64,000 nucleotides of DNA from Thecamonas trahens ATCC 50062 (Eukaryota; Protista; Apusomonadida). The notes under the pieces were generated by a model. The model saw nothing but the letters and a program-made list of their open reading frames with translations. It made no database searches and was not told where the DNA came from. Position numbers and translations under genes: made by a program. Location of the stretch: the NCBI RefSeq assembly GCF_000142905.1, contig NW_013657665.1:436039-500038 (forward strand). The letters run 5' to 3'. Below are positions 21,172 through 32,400 of this stretch, one piece after another. Each line of letters begins with the position of its first letter. The first letter of the stretch is position 1.

Positions 21172-23769
21172 ATGCCGTCGTCGACCACCAAGCGCAGGTC
21201 GCACTCGCGGCAGAAGCGGTCGCGGACCAATGAAGACGGAGGCGGAGGCGGCGGAGGCGGCGGGGCGAGCGGCGGAGCTGGTGACCACAGACGCGAAGGG
21301 CTAGGCAACTCGCCAGGCGGTCATGACGAGCGCGGCGGACGGTCGGGGCGGCGTAAGCAGCGTGGTGGCGGCAGCAGCGGCGGCGGCGGAGGCGGTGGCG
21401 GTGTGAGCGGCGGGAACGGTGGCGAGGGCGGCGGGCCCGGGGGCGGCGGCGGTGCGGGAATGGCCGGGTATGGCGGGCTGGAGGTTGCCGATGACGCATC
21501 TCTCAAGGTGCCGGGCGTGCCACGGGGCGAGCGGACGCTGATGCCGGTCTCGATTTCAGTTTCTGATCCGATGACGCTCATTCTGCTCCTCTCGTCACCG
21601 GAGGACTACGTGTTTCACATGGCTGCGCTTGCGCTGGGAGCGTACGCCGAGCTAGCGGCGGAGAATCGCAAGTTTGTGGTTACGCACGGCGGGCTGGCGC
21701 CAACGGTGGCGCGGCTAAAGGCGACGCTTGCGCTGCCTGCCGAGGCACAGATGGCTGCGGTGCTGCAGTCTGCGTCGTTTCTGCTCTGCGTGACGGCGCG
21801 TGACGGGAGCGCGCGGCGGGCGATGGTCAAACTGGACGTGGTCGAGCCGCTGGCGACTCTGCTCAAGGCCGATGACATTGCAACGCTGGAGAACGCGACG
21901 CTTGCGCTGACCGCGCTCTCGCGCGACTACGCGACGGCGGCGGCGATTGTGAGCGTGGGCGGCATTCCGGCGCTGCTCAACCTTGCGCAGCTGCCTGATC
22001 AGGAGCTTGCGTACTACGCGACAGTTGCGCTTGGCAACTGCGCGGCCGAGTACAACTCGCGGCGGGCCATCATGTCTGTTGGCGGCATCCCGATTCTGCT
22101 CTCGCTGCTGGCGTCAGAGACACCCAACCTGCGGCTCGCGGCGGCTCGCGCCATCGCACGACTGACCAAAGAGTTTTCGAACCGGGTTGCGCTGCGTACG
22201 GCTGACGGCCTCCCGCTCGTGTTGCAGTTTTTGGGCGACCCGAGCCTCTCGTTCCTCGCGCCGTATCTTGCGGCAACCATGGCGGCGTGCCTGGAAGAGC
22301 AGGGCACGCTCGAGGCGCATGCCGAGCTCGGGTACGTGCAGGTACTGCTGACGGTGCTGGCAACGTCAACGGCGGCTGGCACGTTGGCGCAGGCGTCGCT
22401 TGCGCTTGCGCGGGTGTGCAACCACGAGCCGGCGCGGAGCGTGGTGCTCCACCACGACGCGTTTGGCTCTGTGGTGGTCAACCTGCTCAACGAGTCGACC
22501 GACACAACGGTACTGGCGCACCTTGCGCAGCTCATACTCAACTGCGCGACGACGTCGGCCAACTGCACGCTCCTCCGGGAGCTGGGCGCGATTCCGGGCC
22601 TTGTGGCGCTGCTGCGGCACTTTAATCCTGTGGTCCATGCCACAGCGCTGGCGGCGATCGCAGCGTTTGCGCTCCACTACGAGAACCGCAGCGCACTGCG
22701 ACACGCCGACGGACTGCAGGCGCTGGTGGCCATTCTGGACGGCGGGCGGCAGGAGCCGAGTGTGATCCGCAACGCGGCTGACGCGCTGACCTCGATGTGC
22801 CAGGAGCACGAGTCGCGGTCGATTCTACAGGCGCTCAAGATTATGCCGATCCTGCTAGCTTCGCTGAAGGCGGCAGCGGAGGACGCAGAGCTTGTGGCTG
22901 CGCTCACGCGGGCGATTGCCGGAATGGCACATGAAGAGACGGCGCGCGACGAGCTGACGACGCTTTCGGGTGTCGACCTCCTTGTGCCGCTGCTCTCGTC
23001 CGAGTCGGCTCCGGTTCGGCGCGATGCGGCATGGGCGATTTCGGTCTGCTGCGCACAGGAGATGTTTGCGCAGCAGGTGTGCAACCGCGGCGGCATCGAC
23101 CAGCTTCAGAACTTGATCCATGGGCAGGGTTCGGATCGTGAGCGGGCGCACGACACGCTTGCGCAGTTGCTCAAGAAGAACTTTTCGGCCAAGTACGCAC
23201 TGACAAGCAAGCTCGGATGGGAGGATGTCATCCCGGCAGGCTTCTACGACATGGGCCGGTCGCGGCGGTTCCAGCCGCTGGCAGAGCTTCGCGAGACCAA
23301 GCTCAACTCGAAGCGCGAGGTGCTTCTTGTCAATCCGCTCAAGGACAAGGTGCTTGGCGAGCTCATCACGCGGGCGATTGCGCTGGTGGAGGAGGTGCCG
23401 GAGCGGACGGACCGGATTGCGGCACTGGCGGCCATGGTGGCGGACGCCATGGGCGGGCCCAAGGACTGGCTCTCGTACAACGAGTTTGGCGAGTACGAGT
23501 ACGAGCTCTCTGCGCTCAAGGTGGCGTGCAAGTCCAACGTCATTCCGCTCGGCGCAGTGACCAAGGGCGTCTTTTACCACCGCGCGCTACTGTTTAAGAT
23601 CCTGGCCGACAACGCCAAGATCTCTGCCACGCTCGAACGCGGTGAGTATACGCGGGCATGGAATGTGGTGCGGGTCCGGTCCAAGCCGCGCATTGTCGAC
23701 CTTACCTTTGACGTCGGCGCGCTGTATGTGGTCGGAACGGAAAAGGCCGAGCGGTATGCCAAGATCTAG
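21172..23769 (+). CDS. ARMC3: Armadillo-repeat protein with C-terminal EDR1-like domain (ARMC3 orthologue)
   Basis: Tandem ARM repeats followed by SAKYAL...GFYDMG...KREVLLVN...ADAMGG...SNVIPLG...GVFYHRALLFKILAD...LERGEYTRAWN. Confidence 0.88.
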   Translation: MPSSTTKRRSHSRQKRSRTNEDGGGGGGGGGASGGAGDHRREGLGNSPGGHDERGGRSGRRKQRGGGSSGGGGGGGGVSGGNGGEGGGPGGGGGAGMAGYGGLEVADDASLKVPGVPRGERTLMPVSISVSDPMTLILLLSSPEDYVFHMAALALGAYAELAAENRKFVVTHGGLAPTVARLKATLALPAEAQMAAVLQSASFLLCVTARDGSARRAMVKLDVVEPLATLLKADDIATLENATLALTALSRDYATAAAIVSVGGIPALLNLAQLPDQELAYYATVALGNCAAEYNSRRAIMSVGGIPILLSLLASETPNLRLAAARAIARLTKEFSNRVALRTADGLPLVLQFLGDPSLSFLAPYLAATMAACLEEQGTLEAHAELGYVQVLLTVLATSTAAGTLAQASLALARVCNHEPARSVVLHHDAFGSVVVNLLNESTDTTVLAHLAQLILNCATTSANCTLLRELGAIPGLVALLRHFNPVVHATALAAIAAFALHYENRSALRHADGLQALVAILDGGRQEPSVIRNAADALTSMCQEHESRSILQALKIMPILLASLKAAAEDAELVAALTRAIAGMAHEETARDELTTLSGVDLLVPLLSSESAPVRRDAAWAISVCCAQEMFAQQVCNRGGIDQLQNLIHGQGSDRERAHDTLAQLLKKNFSAKYALTSKLGWEDVIPAGFYDMGRSRRFQPLAELRETKLNSKREVLLVNPLKDKVLGELITRAIALVEEVPERTDRIAALAAMVADAMGGPKDWLSYNEFGEYEYELSALKVACKSNVIPLGAVTKGVFYHRALLFKILADNAKISATLERGEYTRAWNVVRVRSKPRIVDLTFDVGALYVVGTEKAERYAKI

Positions 23770-23797
23770 TTTTGAAGCGGTAGGTGCGAGCAAACGA

Positions 23798-23800
<3 letters not shown>

Positions 23801-23830
<30 letters not shown>
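23801..23830 (+). repeat. (GT)n microsatellite
   Basis: Seen directly. Confidence 0.95.
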
Positions 23831-23833
<3 letters not shown>

Positions 23834-23890
23834 CGGTGGTGTGCGCGTGCGTGGCATGGAGGGGAGAGGTACGTATTACTCGCGTAGTCG

Positions 23891-24631
23891 TTACGACGAC
23901 GACGACGCGGACTCCGACTCGCTGGCGTACTCGTCCTCGTCGTCCGAGGTCTCGTAGGCATATTCGTAGAGGCCCGACTCGTTAGAGGCGTCGGCGTACT
24001 CGTACTCGTACTCGGCGTCTGCGGCGGCGGCGGAGCAGAAGCAGAAGGCCGAGAGATGGAGGGCAAAGGCGATGAGCGAGCATGCGCCGGCAAAGGCGCC
24101 GAGGGCAAAGGCCTGTCCGTACGAGGCCTTGCCGATGCAGGGGTCGTTGTTGAAGCACAGGATCTTGTCGCGGGCGTCTGAGGTCTGGGCGTAGTACACG
24201 ATAAAGCCGAGGAAGCCAAAGAAGAAAGTGATGAGGTCAAAGATCATCATGGTGATCATCTCGCACCGGCCACGGGCCGAGACGCAGTCGCACTTGTAGG
24301 CGGGCGGCATGGCGAGCGAGGCGGCACCGACGAGCGAGGCCACGCCCGAGACGACAGCGATAAAGATGAGGGCAAAGGCAGCGCGGCCGGCGCCCTTGAT
24401 GTCGTCCAACGCCGAGGTGTTCGGGTTGGTCGACATGGGGAACGAGCAGCAGTCCGACCACAGCTCACGGACCTCGGTGGTGATGTTCGGGTGGGCGATG
24501 GTGTAGCCAAGGAGCGAGGCCTTGAAGTCGACTGCGTTAGCATCGACGTTGTACACCAGCCAGGCCTTCCACATGAGAATGAACACTCCGCACAGCAGAC
24601 CGAGCGCAAGGACCAGCGCAGACGCCTGCAT
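23891..24631 (-). CDS. Four-TM membrane protein (claudin/amastin-like topology) with acidic Tyr-rich tail; possible upstream exon near 25098-25141
   Basis: Four hydrophobic segments, Cys-containing loops, YGQAFAL before the last TM, tail EYEYEYADASNESGLYEYAYE. Confidence 0.65.
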   Translation of the reverse strand: MQASALVLALGLLCGVFILMWKAWLVYNVDANAVDFKASLLGYTIAHPNITTEVRELWSDCCSFPMSTNPNTSALDDIKGAGRAAFALIFIAVVSGVASLVGAASLAMPPAYKCDCVSARGRCEMITMMIFDLITFFFGFLGFIVYYAQTSDARDKILCFNNDPCIGKASYGQAFALGAFAGACSLIAFALHLSAFCFCSAAAADAEYEYEYADASNESGLYEYAYETSDDEDEYASESESASSSS

Positions 24632-25936
24632 GGTCAGGAACCGCGGCTGGCACCACGAGTCAGAGAGCCTGTCTCCACCATATTGTTGTCGTCGACACCG
24701 TCGCCACCGTTGTCGTCGTCGCCGTCGCCGTCGTATCCCGCCAGGTCACCCCCGCAGCCACCGCAGTGAGTGCCCCTCCGCCCACGCCTGTGCCTTTGCC
24801 CGCCGGCGGCCACACTACCTACTCACCCACCACAGCCCCAAACTGCACCATATGCGCGCGCGGGGGGGGGGGGGGGGGGCAAGGGTAGGGGTGGGTGGGT
24901 GGTTTGGCCTTCCCCCCCCCGCCCCCCCCCCCCCCTCCCCTCCTCTCGCCCCCACGCTGGCGCAAAAAACCGCATTGCTTCCTTCGCCGCACCGCAGCCA
25001 AGCAGGACGGTGCTGGGAGGAGCTTCTGGGCTACTTATGTGGGGAGGAAAGAGGTGCGGGAAGGGAAGGGAGGTGGGGAAGTTCATGGGCAACGTACCCT
25101 GCAGGCTCCTGCTCACTCTGCTTGGACGTCGACGAGCTCATCCTTCTTTCCGCAGTAACGTGTGGCGTGTTGGCGGGTGGACGGTGGTGGGAAGGGACTG
25201 TGTGGCTGGGGCCAAAGGCGTTGTTCGGCGGGGTCCGATTGATAGCGGGCGAATGACCGGTGGCGGAAGGGGGAGGGGGGGGGGAGGGGGGGGAGGGGGG
25301 GGGGGCGAATGCGAACGACTGCCAATTCGTTTGTCGGTGGTGCTCTGCTCTCGCCATCCTGGACGGGCTTCGGCCTTGACAGAACGCGTAAGGCAAGGCC
25401 ACCGCGGCAGCGGTGAGGCAACAGCCCGCCAGCCACAGGATCCAGCCAGAGACAGACCGCACCGGTGGAGAGACCTGTCACGCCTTCCCCCCAGGCGCCC
25501 GCCAGGAACTCCTGCGGAGGAGCCACGGGCGTGGACTGAGGCAAGGCAGCCGCCGCAGGGATGAACACCGCCGGCGACGACGGCGACGGGGGCAAGCCGT
25601 GTCCGCCGCAGCAGCGCCCGGGAGTACCACCGCCAGCTGCGGATGGGAAAGAGGTTGCTGTTGCTGCGGCAACTTGCGTGGACAGTCCTGCCCACCGTCG
25701 CCGCCATGCCCGTCTTTGCTCCCCGGGACCGCCTCCCGTTGCGTCCTGCCGTACTCTCGCGCCCGTGTCCCCGGCAATGCCTCGGGACTACAGGCGTGGC
25801 GCATCGTCTCGCCTGCCACTAACTAGCAGTCTGTTTCACGGCAGCCTGGCTGCCAATGGCTGGATCTTGTCGGAGTCTGACGGGCTGCCGCCTCGACCCT
25901 CTTTTCCCGCTTTCCCTCCTCTCATCTACCACGACC

Positions 25937-27952
25937 ATGGACGCAGGCTGTCCCTCCCCCCCCCCCCCCCCCCTCCCCCTCCCCATTGCGCACGACGGGA
26001 CTGTGCCAATGGCGGCCTGCGATCCCACGATGCCTTCTNNNNNNNNNNNNNNNNNNNNNNNNNNNNNNNNNNNNNNNNNNNNNNNNNNNNNNNNNNNNNN
26101 NNNNNNNNNNNNNNNNNNNNNNNNNNNNNNNNNNNNNNACGCCCACCTCACCCTCCCTACCCCCCCCCCCCCCCCCCCTCCCCTACACCCTTTGCTCATG
26201 CGCCGCACCGACTCGGGCTCAACAGCCATGCGCGAGCTGCTGTGCCCGGGCAAGCCGCAGCCACCACGCCCACCGCCAACGGACCAGGCTGCACGCCGTG
26301 AGCTGGCCCATCCATACCCATACGCCACAGACGCAGCACTGCCGTTGCCAGAGCCGACATCGCGTGCCCCGCCGCCGCGTCTGGAGCCGCATCACCAGCG
26401 GCGATCATCGCACGGGCCGCTCTCCAAGGACTTTGACGGGCGGCTGCGGGCAGCGTCGATGCTGCGCAACTCGGCGTACGAGACCGCGGTGGCGGCAGGC
26501 GCCGAGCCGGTGGCAGCGATGGCCACCGAGCCGCCGCCGATGCGCCGCGCCCGACTGCAGCGTGCGGCGTGGAAGCGGGCCGATCGCGTCCGTGCCGCCC
26601 GCGCTGTTCGCGCCCCGCACGGCCTAATGCCGCACTGCTTTGATCCGCACGCAGAGGTTGCCGAGTCGTCGCTGGTGGCGCTCCGCTCCCGCATTCGCGC
26701 CTCGGGCCGTCTTGACGACGTCCTGCACTCTCGCAGGCTCGAGCGCGCCATGGCGCATGTCTCTTTTGCCTCGTCGCCGAACCAGTCGTTGGACAACATC
26801 GAGCCGCCGCTCTCGCCGCGATCGGTGGCAGCGTCCGATTCGGCGGCGTCGACGTCGCCGGACCACATCGCCGCGCCGGGCCCGCGCTCGCGCTCCTCGT
26901 CCAAGCTCATCAACACCCGCAAGCAGGCCCAGGAGCGCGACCGCGCCGCCATCCGCTTTGTCTCGCTCGCTCGCAAAGCCAAGGACGCCGCCCGCCGCGC
27001 CGGCATCCCGCTCGATCCCGACCTCGACCTCGACAACATTGCCGCCATCGACATCACCTTTGCCGCCGACGACGCCTCGTCTGAAGCCATCCTCTCCTCC
27101 AACCTCTCACCACCTCGCCGCACCAGTCACGCACGCCGGATCTCGATCTCACGGCCTGCCACATCCGGCCTCGCCTCGTCCCAGCCAGCACCATCAGCGC
27201 TCGCTCCCCACGAGACAACGCCGCCGCCGTCGCCTCCACCCGAGCCGACAGCCCGAGCCACTCCAGACCCATCAGTTGGGCCCGAACCGGAGCCCAAGCC
27301 GTCGCCACAAGCCGAGCCAGCAGATCCAGCTACCCTCCCTCCAGAGGCCTCGCCGCGGCACTACAACCAGCGGCGCAAGAGCTACACACCCTCGTCCCCG
27401 GCGCGTAGCTCGTCGCCAGCTCCGGGCACGACCGGTCGATCGATTGTCCGGCGCCGTCGGGCCAACTCGAGCCTCGCTGCTCCATCGCCGCGCGCGCTGG
27501 CTGCTCCACCACCAGCGAGACCGGTGGCGGTCATCGACCGGTCCATTCCTGTTGTCCGGCGCAACGCGCCGCGGGCTCCGCTCACACCCGAGCCGCAGCC
27601 GTACGTCGTCCCGGCCGTCCACCGCGTCTCCGCCGTCCCACAGCTTGAACTTTCGCCGGCTACCGCCGCCTCGATGCACGTCTCGGTAGACTCGACCGGC
27701 CGTCGCGGGCCCGACTACGTCCGAGCGCTCAAGATCTCAGCACCGACCTCGTCGTCCGCCGACACCACCGCTGGCGACGCTCTCCCAGCCACCAGCGCTG
27801 GCCCGGCGCGGATGGACACCGGGTTCTCCGTCCGCGACTCGATCGCTCTCGACCTCCCCACCACTCCCAACGGTGCACCCACCGTCCACGCCTCGCCCGA
27901 TGGCTTCTTTCATACCGCCATTCACCAGCCCGCTTCCCCGCCTGGTCCGTAG
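25937..27952 (+). CDS. Hypothetical Pro/Ser/Arg-rich protein; 5' part interrupted by a gap
   Basis: About 1.8 kb open frame after the gap with coding-like GC3; no recognisable domain. Confidence 0.55.
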   Translation: MDAGCPSPPPPPLPLPIAHDGTVPMAACDPTMPSXXXXXXXXXXXXXXXXXXXXXXXXXXXXXXXXXXAHLTLPTPPPPPPPLHPLLMRRTDSGSTAMRELLCPGKPQPPRPPPTDQAARRELAHPYPYATDAALPLPEPTSRAPPPRLEPHHQRRSSHGPLSKDFDGRLRAASMLRNSAYETAVAAGAEPVAAMATEPPPMRRARLQRAAWKRADRVRAARAVRAPHGLMPHCFDPHAEVAESSLVALRSRIRASGRLDDVLHSRRLERAMAHVSFASSPNQSLDNIEPPLSPRSVAASDSAASTSPDHIAAPGPRSRSSSKLINTRKQAQERDRAAIRFVSLARKAKDAARRAGIPLDPDLDLDNIAAIDITFAADDASSEAILSSNLSPPRRTSHARRISISRPATSGLASSQPAPSALAPHETTPPPSPPPEPTARATPDPSVGPEPEPKPSPQAEPADPATLPPEASPRHYNQRRKSYTPSSPARSSSPAPGTTGRSIVRRRRANSSLAAPSPRALAAPPPARPVAVIDRSIPVVRRNAPRAPLTPEPQPYVVPAVHRVSAVPQLELSPATAASMHVSVDSTGRRGPDYVRALKISAPTSSSADTTAGDALPATSAGPARMDTGFSVRDSIALDLPTTPNGAPTVHASPDGFFHTAIHQPASPPGP

Positions 27953-27983
27953 CTGCTGTTGAAGCTGACCCACCTCACTCCCC

Positions 27984-29468
27984 ATGCGCCCCCTCGTCAC
28001 ACCCGCGCTACGCAAGGCGGTGTTCTCGCTTGGTCCGGCATGTGACACGCCTGCGGCGCTCCGTTCCCTCTTCCGTGCCCCTCCCGCTGCCCTCGCCCCC
28101 GTCGTTCGCCTCGACCTGGCCCGTGGCGGGTGGCGGGCGACGTCGCCGCCGCCGATCCCGCGCAAAGCGGCTGCTGCTGCGCACCCGGCACCGCGGGCTC
28201 TACTTGCGCTCTACGCGCAATTGCGGTATCACGCCCGGCTCGCCGATCGCGCACGTGCTGCCGCCGATGGCATGGCCGCCGGCCGGACCACCCCGCTCTG
28301 GATTGACCTGCCGGACTCGGCGCCGCGATCAGCCTGCCATGCCCGGCTTGAGCTCTTGCCGCCCGGCTCGGAGCTGCGGCTCGCTGCCGGCCGCAACAAC
28401 GAGGCACTGTTCATTAGAGGTCAGTGCGCGCAAGCGACGTTGGCAGCAGCACGACCCAAGGACGTGGTTGTGTTTGATGGCGGCGCGCTGACTGCACGGG
28501 TGACCGGTACCTCGCCTCTCGGCGTCGTCTCCGCCAGAGTGCTCCCGGCGCCCGGCGCTACGAGCCCGGCACTGCCGCTGCATGCTGAGATGGGCCTCGT
28601 CCGGCATCTCAAAGGCGGACAGGTGATGGACCTCTGCCCGCCGCCGTCGCTCCTGTGGGACACCGTCCCGTTTGCCAAGCGCCTCAAGCCGGAGTTTGTC
28701 AGCGTCTCGGCTGCGGTCCTCGCCGCCGAGCCGGAGACGCTGCCTCGGCTGCGCGAGGCGCTGGCAGCGCCCACACTTGCCGCTGAGCACGAGTGGGTTG
28801 AGCATGCTCGCGGCGCCGGGACGGCGAAGCGCGGGCTGGCCCAGCTCCCCCACGTCCGCCTTGCGTTGAGGCTCGACTCGCTCGCCGGTCTTAACGCGCT
28901 ACGCCATGCCCCACAGCTCCTTGAGGCTGCCGACGTGCTGATCTTTGACACACGAGCTGTACTCGCGCCGCTCATCCACCCGTCACAGCCGAACAAGCCC
29001 CCTCGTCCGGCGGCGGTCGCCGACGCTGCTGCTTACGTCGAGCACCTCGCTGACCGCGCCCGCGCTTCCGCGATGCCCGTCGTTCGGGTCTCCCACGCGC
29101 TCGACAGCCTCATCCATCCGCAGGCTACCGTGCCGGCACCCGCTGATCTCACCTTGCTGCTCGATGAGCTCTCACGTGACGGCGCACGTGGATGTGACGC
29201 ACTTGCGTTTACGTCTGTGGCGAGCTTTGGCTCTCACGCCGAGGTTGCGGCCGCTACCTGGGGTGCCCTGGCCGCACACACAGCATCGCATACGCGGCCG
29301 GCCGGCGAGCCTGTCCACATGCACATCGAGTCTTGGGCGCAAGTACCCGAGCTTCTGCACGCGACAGCTGGTGGCGCCGTTGTCCACGCCACTACGCCGC
29401 ACAAGACGCTCGCGCGGCAGCTACAGCTATTGTCGTTTGTTGTGCCTGAGCATGTGCGGTCAGTTTGA
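27984..29468 (+). CDS. Highly divergent pyruvate kinase-like protein (probable pseudoenzyme)
   Basis: Collinear degenerate PK motifs: RKAVFSLGPA, VVRLDLARG, WIDLPDSAPR, DVVVFDGGAL, LALRLDSLAG, LEAADVLIFDTRAV, PVVRVSHALDSL, GCDALAFT, TLARQLQLLSFVVP. Confidence 0.75.
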   Translation: MRPLVTPALRKAVFSLGPACDTPAALRSLFRAPPAALAPVVRLDLARGGWRATSPPPIPRKAAAAAHPAPRALLALYAQLRYHARLADRARAAADGMAAGRTTPLWIDLPDSAPRSACHARLELLPPGSELRLAAGRNNEALFIRGQCAQATLAAARPKDVVVFDGGALTARVTGTSPLGVVSARVLPAPGATSPALPLHAEMGLVRHLKGGQVMDLCPPPSLLWDTVPFAKRLKPEFVSVSAAVLAAEPETLPRLREALAAPTLAAEHEWVEHARGAGTAKRGLAQLPHVRLALRLDSLAGLNALRHAPQLLEAADVLIFDTRAVLAPLIHPSQPNKPPRPAAVADAAAYVEHLADRARASAMPVVRVSHALDSLIHPQATVPAPADLTLLLDELSRDGARGCDALAFTSVASFGSHAEVAAATWGALAAHTASHTRPAGEPVHMHIESWAQVPELLHATAGGAVVHATTPHKTLARQLQLLSFVVPEHVRSV

Positions 29469-29487
29469 GTGCGAGCGGTCTGTCCCG

Positions 29488-32400
29488 TCAGCAGCAGCCA
29501 AAAAGCTTGCTCAAGCCGGTAGGAGCCGGGCGATAAGGGACAGCCACGGTGAGGACAGGCTCCTCGGTGAGATAGACGAGCCGCTCAAAGCGCATGGCGG
29601 TGCCAACCTTGGGCGCGGTGACGTCCATGGGGATGATGCCTGCCGCCGATGCGCCGCCACCGCCACCACCACCGCCGCCAAATGCAACATTGCTGTCGTG
29701 CCTGACTTGGCTGTCCCAGTACATCACGTTGGAAGTCGGGCCCTGCATGACCATGTCTTCGAGCGGGGTGTACGACGGTTGATATGTCGAAGAGCCGGCG
29801 TGAAAGGTGTACGACGGAACGTGGAGCATGTCGCCATCGGGCTCCTGGTAGCTGAGAGTGTCAAGCTGCGGGACGTAGATGGTTGCCCGGAGGACCATCG
29901 CCGGAAGATCAAACTTGGGCAACGGGACACGGACGGTGCCACGGTCAGCAATGGGCTCGTCGGGAACGAGGAACGTGACCTTGACCATAAATGCATCGTT
30001 GGACTTGGGGATGGGGACAATGAGCCTCTGCTGCGCGTCCTCGGCCGGTTTGACCGGGGCCGAGCGAACGGCAGTCGTCCACACCTCGGCGCTGTCAGGC
30101 AGCTCCATCCGCAGGTACTGACGCGAGTTGTTGCGGACAGTACACACGGTCTCGTAGAGGAGCTTGCCCTCCTCGGTGACGGTGATGAGGACCTCGGCGT
30201 TCTCGATGATGGCAACAAGGACGGCAACGTCGGCGTGCTTGGTCACCCCGATCTGCAGGTCGTACTGAGTCGCGAGGAACTTGTAGGCGAGGAGGATCGG
30301 CTGTGACGCCGCCATGCTTTGAACCGCCGGTGGCGACTCGCGCGAATCGATCTTGGTGATGGCCCGCCCGGCCAAGTGCTGCTGCGAGAGCTCGACGTTG
30401 GAGCGGACGGTGACGCCGATGTAGCCCTTCTCGCGGACGACGCCGCGGCAGTGGAACGAGGGCACATTGACGACCTGCGAGCGACGCTTCATCTCGACCT
30501 CGGATTCGAATCGGAGCGTGAACGTCGACTCCTTGGGGTAGCGGAGGCTGACGATGAGCACAAACTTGTTGCTGTCGTCGTCGGCCTCAGCCTTGCCGCC
30601 CCGCCCGTCGGCGTCGTCGTCGGTTTCGGGCTCGAGCTCGGCCGCAGGCACCACCTCCCACTTGCGGACCGCGACCGAGCCCGAGACGGCGAGGACCCGA
30701 ACCTGCGACGGAATGTCGATGTGGAACGTGGAGACGCCGTTGTGCAGGATGGTGTACTCAAAGCTCGACGAGCAGAAGAGCACACCCTCGGTGACGGTGA
30801 GCAGGTGGTTTTGGTCGACCGTCACCACCGCCCGCCGCTCCTCACGCACCTCGGGCGCCACAAACAGCGAGTCGGACGGCACTGTTGGCTCCGAGTCGGA
30901 CTCGGAGCCCTCTGACCGCACTCCGCCGAGCGCCGACGAGAGGACCGACGACATCGGCGTCGAGGCCACGCCGGTCTCACTGGGCGTCCACTGGATGTTG
31001 AGCGTCGTCGACGCTGGAAACGCCGTCCGCACCGTCGTCGACGCCACGCTCGACTCGATGGTCGTCCGCAGGCTCGGCTGGATGGTGACATTGAGTCCGG
31101 CCTCCGGGTGCATAAACGTCAGCATGTTGCGCGTCGCCCGCGGCAGCCCACTGACCATCGTCGAGTTCTTGCGCTGACTGGTGAACGGGACAAGCATCTC
31201 CATGTGAACCGAGTACACGCCCGGCACGCATGTGAAGAGCACAAATCGCGAGCCACTCACACCCACAATCCCGTCCTCGTACACAATGTCGTCGTCGCCG
31301 TCGCCACCATTGGGCGCAGTCACTCCGGGCGCCCCGGGCACCCGATCGCCGTTCCGCTCAAACGTAGCCGAGAGCAGCGTCATCGTCGTCGGCAGCAGCG
31401 GCACCGTCGTCCACTTGCCCATCTCCGTCAGGACCTCGACCTCGAGATGCATCACAAATGTCACCGCTTCCTCACCGGCCTGACCCTCCATCTCAAGCGC
31501 GTTGACTGCAGCAAAATAGATGCGATAGCCGTGAGTGGATGCCGGCTGAGGAGGACGGCTGCGAAGGAATACGGGCATGGCTGCGAAGGAATGTGGGCAT
31601 GGCTGCGAAGGAATGCGGGCATGGCTGCGAAGGAATACGGGCATGGCTGCGAAGGAATGCGGTCATGGCAGCGAAGGAATGCGGGCATGGCTGCGAAGGA
31701 AAAGAAGAAATTCACTCTTCCCCCTCCCTGCCTCCCCCTCGNNNNNNNNNNNNNNNNNNNNNNNNNNNNNNNNNNNNNNNNNNNNNNNNNNNNNNNNNNN
31801 NNNNNNNNNNNNNNNNNNNNNNNNNNNNNNNNNNNNNNNNNNNNNNNNNNNNNNNNNNNNNNNNNNNNNNNNNNNNNNNNNNNNNNNNNNNNNNNNNNNN
31901 NNNNNNNNNNNNNNNNNNNNNNNNNNNNNNNNNNNNNNNNNNNNNNNNNNNNNNNNNNNNNNNNNNNNNNNNNNNNNNNNNNNNNNNNNNNNNNNNNNNN
32001 NNNNNNNNNNNNNNNNNNNNNNNNNNNNNNNNNNNNNNNNNNNNNNNNNNNNNNNNNNNNNNNNNNNNNNNNNNNNNNNNNNNNNNNNNNNNNNNNNNNN
32101 NNNNNNNNNNNNNNNNNNNNNNNNNNNNNNNNNNNNNNNNNNNNNNNNNNNNNNNNNNNNNNNNNNNNNNNNNNNNNNNNNNNNNNNNNNNNNNNNNNNN
32201 NNNNNNNNNNNNNNNNNNNNNNNNNNNNNNNNNNNNNNNNNNNNNNNNNNNNNNNNNNNNNNNNNNNNNNNNNNNNNNNNNNNNNNNNNNNNNNNNNNNN
32301 NNNNNNNNNNNNNNNNNNNNNNNNNNNNNNNNNNNNNNNNNNNNNNNNNNNNNNNNNNNNNNNNNNNNNNNNNNNNNNNNNNNNNNNNNNNNNNNNNNNN

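Noticed and set aside
31557-31700. 22-bp repeats as a CRISPR array
   Set aside because: The copies are contiguous with no unique spacers, there are no cas genes, and the context is a eukaryotic intron
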